A DNA stretch of 64,000 nt, from NCBI GenBank assembly GCA_049890095.1, contig JBMHCD010000008.1:167764-231763 (forward strand), in the 5' to 3' direction. Made by a program: the position numbers and the translations under genes. The DNA is from Flavobacteriales bacterium. Lineage in GTDB: Bacteria > Bacteroidota > Bacteroidia > Flavobacteriales > UBA7312. How positions within the stretch are numbered: position 1 is the first letter of the stretch; the number at the start of each line of letters is the position of its first letter. The notes beneath the pieces are model-generated. The model was not told the origin of the DNA. It did no database searches and was given only the letters and a program-made list of their open reading frames with translations. Of this stretch, positions 9,323-17,541 are shown piece by piece.

Positions 9323-9982
9323 ATGAAAAAAATTATTTTTTGTGCACTCTACTTATTGAGTGTTTTAACTATTAATGGACAAAATAAAACCGAAATGGAA
9401 AAAGTAAGCTATAGTTTGGGTGTGAACGTTGCAAAAAGCGTTAAGGCTCAAGGATTAGAAACAATTGATTCTCAGGCAATCGCTAAAGCATTTGCAGATG
9501 TTTTTGAAGGCAAAGAGTTAGAAATTAGTGAAGAAGAAGCTAATTTAATTTTACAAGAGTATTTCACTAAACTAAACAACAAAGCACAAGAAGCTAATGT
9601 TGCTGCTGGAAAGCAATTTTTAGAAAGTAATGCCAAAAAAGATGGTGTAGTAACTACTGCATCTGGCCTTCAATACGAAGTAATTACTAAAGGAGATGGT
9701 GCTATGCCTAAAGAAACGGATCAAGTAACAGTACATTACCATGGTACTTTAATAGATGGTACAGTATTTGATAGCTCTGTGGATAGAGGTCAGCCTGCTA
9801 CTTTTCCAGTTAATGGTGTTATAAAAGGTTGGGTAGAAGCATTACAATTAATGAATGTAGGATCTAAATATAAATTATTCATCCCTTCTGATTTAGCTTA
9901 TGGCGAAAGAGGAGCAGGAGGTGCAATAGGCCCTAACGCTACTTTAATTTTTGAAGTAGAGTTAATTTCTATTGGAGGATAA
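9323..9982 (+). CDS. FKBP-type peptidyl-prolyl cis-trans isomerase (Mip/FklB-like), secreted
   Basis: 219 aa. Signal peptide, then FKBP core VHYHGTLIDGTVFDSS...GWVEAL...ATLIFEVELI. Confidence 0.9.
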   Translation: MKKIIFCALYLLSVLTINGQNKTEMEKVSYSLGVNVAKSVKAQGLETIDSQAIAKAFADVFEGKELEISEEEANLILQEYFTKLNNKAQEANVAAGKQFLESNAKKDGVVTTASGLQYEVITKGDGAMPKETDQVTVHYHGTLIDGTVFDSSVDRGQPATFPVNGVIKGWVEALQLMNVGSKYKLFIPSDLAYGERGAGGAIGPNATLIFEVELISIGG

Positions 9983-10000
9983 ATCTTGAAACATTTAATA

Positions 10001-10037
10001 AAAAAAGCCCGAGCAATTTGCTTGGGCTTTTTTTTAT
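10001..10037. terminator. bidirectional rho-independent terminator (FKBP / lpd)
   Basis: Stem AGCCCGAGCA / TGCTTGGGCT (one G-U pair), flanked by an A-run and a T-run. Confidence 0.75.
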
Positions 10038-10052
10038 ATAAGTTTGTATTTA

Positions 10053-11441
10053 TTACATATGAATCACTTCATCGTATGCAGCAGCTACGGCTTCCATTAC
10101 CGCTTCACTCATCGTTGGGTGAGGGTGTACCGCTTTTAAAATTTCGTGCCCTGTAGTTTCTAGTTTTCTAGCAACCACAGCTTCGGCAATCATTTCGGTT
10201 ACGTTGTATCCAATCATGTGACATCCTAGCCATTCGCCATATTTAGCGTCAAAAATAACTTTAACAAAACCGTCTTTATGACCTGCAGCCGATGCTTTAC
10301 CAGATGCAGAGAAAGGAAATTTACCCACTTTTACCTCATATCCAGCTTCTTTGGCTGCCTTTTCGGTATAACCTACAGAAGAAATTTCTGGAGAACAGTA
10401 AGTACAACCAGGAATGTTGTTGTAGTCAATTGGTTCAGGTTTATGACCTGCAATTTTTTCTACACAAATAATACCTTCTGCTGACGCTACGTGTGCTAGA
10501 GCTTGAGTTGATAATACGTCTCCAATAGCATAGTATCCTGGTATGTTAGTTTGGTAATAATCATTGACCAAAATTTTTCCTTTGTCGGTAGCAATACCAA
10601 CATCTTCTAAGCCTATGTTTTCGATGTTTGCAACTACACCAACAGCAGAAAGAACTACATCACAGTCAATTTTTTCTTCTCCTTTTTTAGTTTTAACAGT
10701 AACTACACAACCTGACCCAGAAGTATCTACCGATTCCACAGAAGAATTAGTCATTACGTTAATACCCATTTTTTTGAATGATCTAGATAATTGTTTAGAA
10801 ATATCTTCATCTTCGACAGGTACAATGTGTGGCATGTATTCTACTACAGTAACTTCAACACCCATAGCATTGTAGAAATAAGCAAATTCTACTCCGATTG
10901 CTCCAGATCCAACCACTACCATTTTTTTAGGCTTACTATCCAAAGTCATGGCTTTTCTATAGCCTACAATTTTTTTGCCATCTTGAGGAAGGTTTGGCAA
11001 TTCTCTCGATCTTGCTCCTGTTGCTATAATAATATTTGCAGCCGAGTATTCGGTAGATTTACCATCTGTATCTGTTACAGATACTTTTTTTCCTGGTAGT
11101 ACTTTTGCAGTACCCATGATTACTTCTATTTTATTCTTTTTCATCAAGAAGTCTATACCCTTACTCATTCCATCGGCAACTCCTCTAGATCTAGAAATAA
11201 CACTTCCAAAGTCAGCGTCAGCACCTTTTACCTTAATACCAAAATCTTCTGCATGATTGATATATTCAAAAACTTGGGCAGATTTAAGTAGTGCTTTGGT
11301 TGGGATACAACCCCAATTTAAGCAGACTCCACCAAGTGATTCTTTTTCAATAATTGCAGTTTTTAAACCAAGTTGAGAAGCTCTAATGGCAGTTACATAT
11401 CCGCCAGGACCACTTCCTATTACTATAACGTCAAAGTTCAT
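10053..11441 (-). CDS. lpdA: dihydrolipoyl dehydrogenase (E3)
   Basis: FAD motif VIGSGPGGY, redox disulfide GGVCLNWGCIPTK, and a C-terminal HPHPTMSE dimerisation motif. ATG 11441 is preferred over the GTG at 11468 because a -7 box overlaps that GTG. Confidence 0.93.
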   Translation of the reverse strand: MNFDVIVIGSGPGGYVTAIRASQLGLKTAIIEKESLGGVCLNWGCIPTKALLKSAQVFEYINHAEDFGIKVKGADADFGSVISRSRGVADGMSKGIDFLMKKNKIEVIMGTAKVLPGKKVSVTDTDGKSTEYSAANIIIATGARSRELPNLPQDGKKIVGYRKAMTLDSKPKKMVVVGSGAIGVEFAYFYNAMGVEVTVVEYMPHIVPVEDEDISKQLSRSFKKMGINVMTNSSVESVDTSGSGCVVTVKTKKGEEKIDCDVVLSAVGVVANIENIGLEDVGIATDKGKILVNDYYQTNIPGYYAIGDVLSTQALAHVASAEGIICVEKIAGHKPEPIDYNNIPGCTYCSPEISSVGYTEKAAKEAGYEVKVGKFPFSASGKASAAGHKDGFVKVIFDAKYGEWLGCHMIGYNVTEMIAEAVVARKLETTGHEILKAVHPHPTMSEAVMEAVAAAYDEVIHM

Positions 11442-11467
11442 TTTTATATTTTTTTTATAATCAATCA

Positions 11468-11475
11468 CAAATTTA
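11468..11475 (-). promoter_or_regulatory. -7 box TAAATTTG for lpd
   Basis: Plus-strand CAAATTTA, 26 nt upstream of the ATG at 11441. Confidence 0.45.
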
Positions 11476-11624
11476 ATAAATATTGATTCAGTTTAACTAA
11501 AATTTTGTCCTTTTTGTAGAAGAAAATCTATTACATATTGCATTTTGAAAAGAGTATATCCTAACATCACTATTTTTTGTAAAATTAAATCTGCTGAATA
11601 TCTTCTTAAATTATTAATTTTAAA

Positions 11625-11632
11625 TATATTTG
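11625..11632 (+). promoter_or_regulatory. -7 box TATATTTG upstream of the SDR-like gene
   Basis: Exact TAnnTTTG match, 32 nt before the ATG at 11665. Confidence 0.4.
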
Positions 11633-11664
11633 TATAATTAATAAAACTAAATGTTATACAAAAT

Positions 11665-12312
11665 ATGAAAGTCCTACTAATTGGTTCGTCCAGCGATATA
11701 GCAAAAGAAGTTTTAACTTCAAATAATCACATAGAATTTATAGAACTCAGCTCCTCAACTTCTGGCTTTGATGTACAAGATTCGGATACATTTCCTACAA
11801 TCGAAGGTGGTTTAGATGGAATGGTTTATTTTCCTGGCTCTATAAATTTACGACCATTTTCTAGTCTCAAGCTAACGGATTTTCAACACGATTATGAGGT
11901 TAATGTTTTGGGTCTCTTAAAGGTGTTAAAATATTATCAAAAATCGTTTAATGATGGTGCTTCATTGGTGTTTATTAGTTCTATAGCTGCAAGTGTAGGA
12001 ATGCCATTCCATGCATCTATTTCTGCTAGTAAGGCTGCAATAGAAGGTTTGTGTCGCTCATTAGCTGCAGAATGGTCTCCAAAAATTAGAGTAAATTGTG
12101 TAGCGCCTTCATTGGTACGAACTAAATTATCTCACAAAATGTTTAGAACTGAAGCACAAACCCAACAGATGATGGACAGGCACCCACTCAAAAGAGTAGG
12201 GGAAACAAAAGATATTGCTAATGCTATTTCATTTTTACTTTCCGAAAAATCATCTTGGATGAGTGGGCAGGTAATGGGAGTAGATGGCGGTTTGTCGACA
12301 ATTAAAAAGTAA
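11665..12312 (+). CDS. short-chain dehydrogenase/reductase-like protein with degenerate cofactor and catalytic motifs
   Basis: 215 aa with an SDR fold pattern (NVLG, FISSIAA, SASKAA, VNCVAPS, GQVMGVDGG). However, it has IGSSSDIA in place of TGxxxGxG and Ile119 where the YxxxK Tyr is expected. Confidence 0.7.
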   Translation: MKVLLIGSSSDIAKEVLTSNNHIEFIELSSSTSGFDVQDSDTFPTIEGGLDGMVYFPGSINLRPFSSLKLTDFQHDYEVNVLGLLKVLKYYQKSFNDGASLVFISSIAASVGMPFHASISASKAAIEGLCRSLAAEWSPKIRVNCVAPSLVRTKLSHKMFRTEAQTQQMMDRHPLKRVGETKDIANAISFLLSEKSSWMSGQVMGVDGGLSTIKK

Positions 12313-14375
12313 TGCTTACATCTTTTATTTGGAAATTTAAATACCAACTCATAACACTTTGTTTGTTGTTATTTGGTTTTGGTGTTTATCAACTTCTTAA
12401 TGCCACTATTTATTTTGATTCCGAACGAATTATTAAGGAATTAGAACAAACTCAGGTTGACCTCAAAATTGTGGACGATAATAACCTAATGTTTTTAGGT
12501 TTTTCTTTTGATGAAGAACTTACCTTAGCAGATTTTCAGGAGTTAACTATTTTTCATAACAAGCTTAAAAAAAGCGATAAAGTAAATAGAGTCTTTAGTA
12601 TTGTTAACGACAAAAAAATAATGAACATGGGGTTGTTTCCCATTACCAAAAAAACGTTAGATCTTTCTACAGAAGAAAAATTTTCTAAATCGATAGTTAA
12701 TATACGCAATGAGCGAAACAATTTTATTACATCTGATACTAAAAACTTAATGTTTTTAATCGAAGCATCTTCTAGTTTGAGCAGAGAAGAAACTTCCGAT
12801 TTTATACAACAATTATATAGCAGTCAGATTAATGGTAAAAGCCCAGAAGTATCTATTGCAGGTCGGGCTCCTAGCGAACTATATTTTCAAAAAAAGGTCA
12901 TTATCGAATTTATAACCATTACCCTAATAAGTAGTGTTTTATGTTTTTTGTTTTTATACCTGATAACGCAAAACCTCAAATTAGTTGTAGTTACTGTTTT
13001 TAGTGTAGTAGCTAGTATAGTGGTAACCTTGTCGGTTTCTCAGCTCATTTTTGGAGGAATAGAGTTGGTAATGATTATTACTCCGGCAATATTGTTTATT
13101 GTATGTATTTCTGATATCATGCACCTGACCAATAAACAGTCCAAAAATAAATTAGATAAGTTTTCTTTTTTTGAATTAAGAATGAATAGAGTAGGAAAAG
13201 CGGTAATACTTACATCTTTAACTACTTCTATGAGCTTTCTTACTTTTTTGGTAAATGATATAATGCCCATTGTTCGTTTTGGAATTATCACTTCCATTGG
13301 AGTAGCTTTCACTTTATTTATGGCCTTAGTGGTGTACGCTATTTTTATCGATAAAGACTTTTTTGAAACACGCCCAATATCTTCTTTGAAATTATTTACT
13401 GATGGTATATTGAATTGGTTTGCTAAACTCGGAAAAAGTTTTTCTTTTCATGTACTTACGGCAGCCTTAATATTATTGGGGGTATATTCTGTATTTAATG
13501 TTAAAATAGACAATTATCTGACCGACGAAATAAATACTAAGTCGGAAATGTACAAACAAACCAATTATTTCGATCGTTTTTTTGGAGGCATTAAGCCTAT
13601 AACAATTATGTTGGAAAAGGATAATCAAAAACAACAAACATTAAACAAGGTAGAATCTCATTTAGTTTCTTTAGGATTTGTTGTTGATTTCACTAATACT
13701 TCTTTTGATGGGTTTGCAGGGCAAGCAATCAATAAAATGGTAGATACTGATCAACACTTTTTTGTGTGTCGTTCTGGCGACATCGGTTCTTTGGCTACCT
13801 TATCAAAACTGAAAAATTTAGAGAATCAATTTCCTGAATTATCATTTTCATATTCTGGAGCTGGATATTTGTTTGATCTTTTGGGCAATGATTTAACTAA
13901 GCGTTTAATTTATGGATTATTCATTGCAATTTTATCTATTGGAGTTGTCTTTTTTGTAATGAATAAATTTGACTGGAATTATTTTTTGATAGCACTTATA
14001 CCTAACATAGTGCCAATAGTAGTTTGTATAGGATTTTTATATGTGTTTGGATTTTATTTTAGTCTCTCTAATGCTTTTATTTTTACTATAGTTTTTGGTT
14101 TGATTGTTGATGATTCTATTCATGTGATTAGTGCATACACAAACCACATTAAAAGAGGAGTTAGAAAGTCTGAGGCATTAAAGCTCATTGTTGAGAATAC
14201 TGGATCGGCAGTTATCAAAACTACATTTGTTGTGCTTATTTGTTTGTTGCCATTGGCATTTTCCGAATTCAAATCTGTTTCTCAATTATCTATCATAACT
14301 ATAATTAGTGCCACTATAGCTATATTTTTTGACTTGATTTATTTGCCTAAGATTATTAAAAAATTGTCTCGATAA
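12312..14375 (+). CDS. MMPL/RND-superfamily membrane exporter (two 6-TM bundles, sterol-sensing-domain-like)
   Basis: 687 aa. Two hydrophobic blocks (res ~195-345 and ~535-685), each preceded by a soluble loop. The ATG overlaps the SDR stop (TAATG). Confidence 0.72.
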   Translation: MLTSFIWKFKYQLITLCLLLFGFGVYQLLNATIYFDSERIIKELEQTQVDLKIVDDNNLMFLGFSFDEELTLADFQELTIFHNKLKKSDKVNRVFSIVNDKKIMNMGLFPITKKTLDLSTEEKFSKSIVNIRNERNNFITSDTKNLMFLIEASSSLSREETSDFIQQLYSSQINGKSPEVSIAGRAPSELYFQKKVIIEFITITLISSVLCFLFLYLITQNLKLVVVTVFSVVASIVVTLSVSQLIFGGIELVMIITPAILFIVCISDIMHLTNKQSKNKLDKFSFFELRMNRVGKAVILTSLTTSMSFLTFLVNDIMPIVRFGIITSIGVAFTLFMALVVYAIFIDKDFFETRPISSLKLFTDGILNWFAKLGKSFSFHVLTAALILLGVYSVFNVKIDNYLTDEINTKSEMYKQTNYFDRFFGGIKPITIMLEKDNQKQQTLNKVESHLVSLGFVVDFTNTSFDGFAGQAINKMVDTDQHFFVCRSGDIGSLATLSKLKNLENQFPELSFSYSGAGYLFDLLGNDLTKRLIYGLFIAILSIGVVFFVMNKFDWNYFLIALIPNIVPIVVCIGFLYVFGFYFSLSNAFIFTIVFGLIVDDSIHVISAYTNHIKRGVRKSEALKLIVENTGSAVIKTTFVVLICLLPLAFSEFKSVSQLSIITIISATIAIFFDLIYLPKIIKKLSR

Positions 14376-15731
14376 TTATTTACCGATACAGAAATTAGAA
14401 AAAATATTGTCTAATAGATCATCTGTAGATATTTCTCCAGTAATTTCTCCGATATGATAAAGAGCTTGTCGAATATCCATAGCTAAGAAATCTCCGCTAA
14501 TATTATTATTTAAACCATCTATTGTATGTTCAATTTTTTCGACTGCATTTTGTAGAGCTTCTAGGTGACGATTGTTGCTTACAATTATCTGGTTGTTATC
14601 TATATTTGCCGTATTAGTTAGTTCTAGCATTTTATTTTTGAACATTTCTATTCCTTCTTTCTTTTTAGCAGAAATACAAATAGCATCATTCACTTGAGAT
14701 TTGGCTAATGGGTTTAGATCTATTTTGTTGTACAAGAGGATTAGGTTTTTTATTCCCTGATTTTTAAGATTGTTTAATTCTTGTAGCTGAAGGTCAATAT
14801 CTTGAGTAGCATCAACTATAAATAAGTTTATAGATGCTGCTTGTGCTTTTTTAATCGCCTTGTTTATTCCAATGTTTTCAACTACATCTTTTGTTTTTCG
14901 AATACCAGCAGTGTCAATAAATCGAAAAAGGATTCCTCCTATATTTGCAATATCTTCGATAGCATCTCTGGTTGTTCCTGCTATGTCTGATACTATAGCT
15001 TTTTCTTCGTTTAACAAAACGTTTAGTAGGGTAGATTTACCAACGTTGGGTCTTCCTAAAATAGCAACAGGCACACCATTTTTCATTACATTTCCTAGAG
15101 CAAATGAACTAATTAGATCGTTCAATACTTTCCTGATTTTTTGTAAAAGTTGATTAAATTTTTGTCGATCAGCAAATTCAACATCTTCTTCGCCAAAATC
15201 CAATTCCAGTTCGATAAGCGATGCAAATTCAATTAGTTGTTCGCGTAAGTTTTTTAGTTCATTTGAAAAACCACCTCTCATTTGCTGAAGTGCTACTCTG
15301 TGTGAAGATTCGCTTTCACTTGCAATTAAATCTGCAACTGCTTCTGCTTGTGTTAAATCCATTTTTCCATTACTAAAAGCTCTTAAAGTAAACTCTCCAG
15401 CTTTTGCCATTCTAGCACCATTTTTAATAAAAAGTTGAATTATTTTATTTTGTATGTAGCTTGAACCATGGCAGGAAACTTCAACAACATCTTCTCCTGT
15501 ATAAGAATGTGGATTTTTAAAAATACTAACAACGACTTCGTCTATAATGATTTCGTTTTCTCTTATAGTACCAAAATGAAGAGTGTGGGAATTGACTTGA
15601 GTTAAATCCTTACCAAAAAATAAGCTATTGCAAATAGGTATTGCATCGGCTCCTGAAAGACGAATTACAGAAATTGCTCCTGGCCCTGAGGCTGTAGCTA
15701 TTGCACAAATGGTTTCGTTAAATCCTAACAT
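14376..15731 (-). CDS. mnmE: tRNA modification GTPase MnmE (TrmE)
   Basis: G1 motif GRPNVGKSTL, DTAG, NKID, and the C-terminal CIGK tetrapeptide. ATG 15731 (MLGFNETICAIAT) is preferred over the ORF-track Met at 15752. Confidence 0.93.
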   Translation of the reverse strand: MLGFNETICAIATASGPGAISVIRLSGADAIPICNSLFFGKDLTQVNSHTLHFGTIRENEIIIDEVVVSIFKNPHSYTGEDVVEVSCHGSSYIQNKIIQLFIKNGARMAKAGEFTLRAFSNGKMDLTQAEAVADLIASESESSHRVALQQMRGGFSNELKNLREQLIEFASLIELELDFGEEDVEFADRQKFNQLLQKIRKVLNDLISSFALGNVMKNGVPVAILGRPNVGKSTLLNVLLNEEKAIVSDIAGTTRDAIEDIANIGGILFRFIDTAGIRKTKDVVENIGINKAIKKAQAASINLFIVDATQDIDLQLQELNNLKNQGIKNLILLYNKIDLNPLAKSQVNDAICISAKKKEGIEMFKNKMLELTNTANIDNNQIIVSNNRHLEALQNAVEKIEHTIDGLNNNISGDFLAMDIRQALYHIGEITGEISTDDLLDNIFSNFCIGK

Positions 15732-15735
15732 TTGA

Positions 15736-15743
15736 CAAAGATA
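15736..15743 (-). promoter_or_regulatory. -7 box TATCTTTG for mnmE
   Basis: Plus-strand CAAAGATA. It ends 4 nt before the ATG at 15731. Confidence 0.4.
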
Positions 15744-15795
15744 GAAATACAATCAAGATATTTTTGTTTTTTGTTTTGTCTTGCCATAATTATTT

Positions 15796-15803
15796 TAAAT
15801 TTG
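15796..15803 (+). promoter_or_regulatory. -7 box TAAATTTG upstream of sucD
   Basis: Exact TAnnTTTG match, 24 nt before the ATG at 15828. Confidence 0.5.
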
Positions 15804-15827
15804 TGGTAATATTTTTAATTGCAAATT

Positions 15828-16706
15828 ATGAGCGTTTTAGTAAACAAAAATTCAAAAGTAATTGTTCAAGGATTTACAGGCAGCGAAGGTACATTTCATG
15901 CTAGTCAAATGATAGAATATGGTACCAATGTAGTTGGTGGAGTAACACCTGGTAAAGGTGGTCAAACTCACCTGGACCGACCAGTTTTTAATACGGTAAG
16001 TGAAGCTGTTCAAAAAGTAGGAGCAAATACTTCTATGATTTTTGTACCACCTCCATTTGCAGCTGATGCGGTAATGGAAGCGGCAAGTGCAGGTATAAAG
16101 GTAATTATATGCATAACAGAAGGAATTCCTACAAGAGATATGATAAAAGTAAAGGAATTTATTTCTGATTTTGACTGTACTCTAGTTGGTCCTAACTGTC
16201 CGGGTGTAATCAGTCCTGGTCAAGCAAAATGTGGTATCATGCCTGGATTTATTTTTAAAGAAGGTAAAATTGGTGTAGTATCCAAATCTGGTACGTTAAC
16301 TTACGAAGCTGCTGATCAGGTAGTTAAAGCAGGATTGGGTATTTCAACAGCAATAGGTATTGGTGGTGATCCAATTATAGGCACAACAACCAAAGAAGCT
16401 GTAGAATTATTAATGAATGATCCTGACACTGATGGAATTATCATGATTGGTGAAATAGGCGGACAGCTAGAGGCAGATGCTGCTAAGTGGATTCAAGAAC
16501 ATGGAACAAAACCAGTTGTTGGTTTTATTGCTGGCCAAACTGCACCAAAAGGAAGAACGATGGGTCATGCAGGAGCTATAGTTGGTGGAGATGATGATAC
16601 AGCAGAAGCAAAAATGAAAATTATGAGTGAATGTGGTATTCATGTTGTTGCTTCTCCAGCTAAAATTGGTGAAAAAATGGCTGAATTGATGGCTGTTGGA
16701 GCATAA
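15828..16706 (+). CDS. sucD: succinate--CoA ligase subunit alpha
   Basis: [18 protein letters not shown], and the phosphohistidine loop [11 protein letters not shown] 15828 is preferred over the upstream TTG at 15819. Confidence 0.95.
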   Translation: MSVLVNKNSKVIVQGFTGSEGTFHASQMIEYGTNVVGGVTPGKGGQTHLDRPVFNTVSEAVQKVGANTSMIFVPPPFAADAVMEAASAGIKVIICITEGIPTRDMIKVKEFISDFDCTLVGPNCPGVISPGQAKCGIMPGFIFKEGKIGVVSKSGTLTYEAADQVVKAGLGISTAIGIGGDPIIGTTTKEAVELLMNDPDTDGIIMIGEIGGQLEADAAKWIQEHGTKPVVGFIAGQTAPKGRTMGHAGAIVGGDDDTAEAKMKIMSECGIHVVASPAKIGEKMAELMAVGA

Positions 16707-16727
16707 TTTTTTTGCCAGACAATCTTG

Positions 16728-16751
16728 AAGGTGCTAATTAGCACCTTTTTT
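16728..16751 (+). terminator. rho-independent terminator after sucD
   Basis: Stem AAGGTGCT / AGCACCTT with loop AATT, followed by a T-run. Confidence 0.75.
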
Positions 16752-16763
16752 ATTTTAAAAATT

Positions 16764-16771
16764 TATATTTG
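16764..16771 (+). promoter_or_regulatory. -7 box TATATTTG upstream of fabG
   Basis: Exact TAnnTTTG match, 23 nt before the GTG at 16795. Confidence 0.5.
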
Positions 16772-16794
16772 AATATTAACTAATACTAAAAATC

Positions 16795-17541
16795 GTGAAT
16801 CTGTTAGAAGGAAAAACAACAATTATTACTGGGGCATCAAGAGGAATTGGTAAAGGAATAGCTTTAGAATTTGCTAAACAAGGATCAAATATTGCATTTA
16901 CTTATTTATCGTCTGACCAAAAAGCTAAAGAATTAGAAAATGAATTAGCAACTTTTGGTATTAAAGCAAAAGGGTTTAAATCCGACGCTTCAAAATTCGA
17001 CACTGCACAAGAATTAGCAGAGCTAGTAATGAATGAATTCGGAAGTATTGACGTATTAGTAAATAATGCGGGAATTACAAAGGATAATTTGTTAATGAGA
17101 ATGGGGGAAGAAGATTTTGATAAAGTTATGGAAATCAATTTAAAATCCGTTTTTAATCTTACTAAAGCGGTTTTGAGACCCATGCTAAAACAAAGGTCTG
17201 GATCCATAATTAATATGAGTTCTGTAGTAGGAGTTAAAGGAAATGCTGGTCAGACAAATTATGCAGCTTCTAAAGCAGGAATGATTGGTTTTACAAAATC
17301 TACTGCATTAGAATTAGGTTCTAGAAATATTCGTTGCAATGCTATTGCTCCTGGTTTTATTGAAACAGAAATGACAGCTTCATTAGACCCATCCATCGTT
17401 AAAGGATGGACAGATAGTATTCCATTAAAAAGAGGAGGTAGCACTACAGATATTGCTAATGCTACTATTTTCTTGGCATCAGATATGTCTGCATATGTTA
17501 CTGGTCAGGTATTAAATGTTTGTGGAGGAATGCTTACTTAA
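16795..17541 (+). CDS. fabG: 3-oxoacyl-[ACP] reductase
   Basis: 248 aa with a GTG start. TGASRGIG, NNAG, the catalytic S...YAASK, and PGFIETEM. Confidence 0.93.
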   Translation: MNLLEGKTTIITGASRGIGKGIALEFAKQGSNIAFTYLSSDQKAKELENELATFGIKAKGFKSDASKFDTAQELAELVMNEFGSIDVLVNNAGITKDNLLMRMGEEDFDKVMEINLKSVFNLTKAVLRPMLKQRSGSIINMSSVVGVKGNAGQTNYAASKAGMIGFTKSTALELGSRNIRCNAIAPGFIETEMTASLDPSIVKGWTDSIPLKRGGSTTDIANATIFLASDMSAYVTGQVLNVCGGMLT

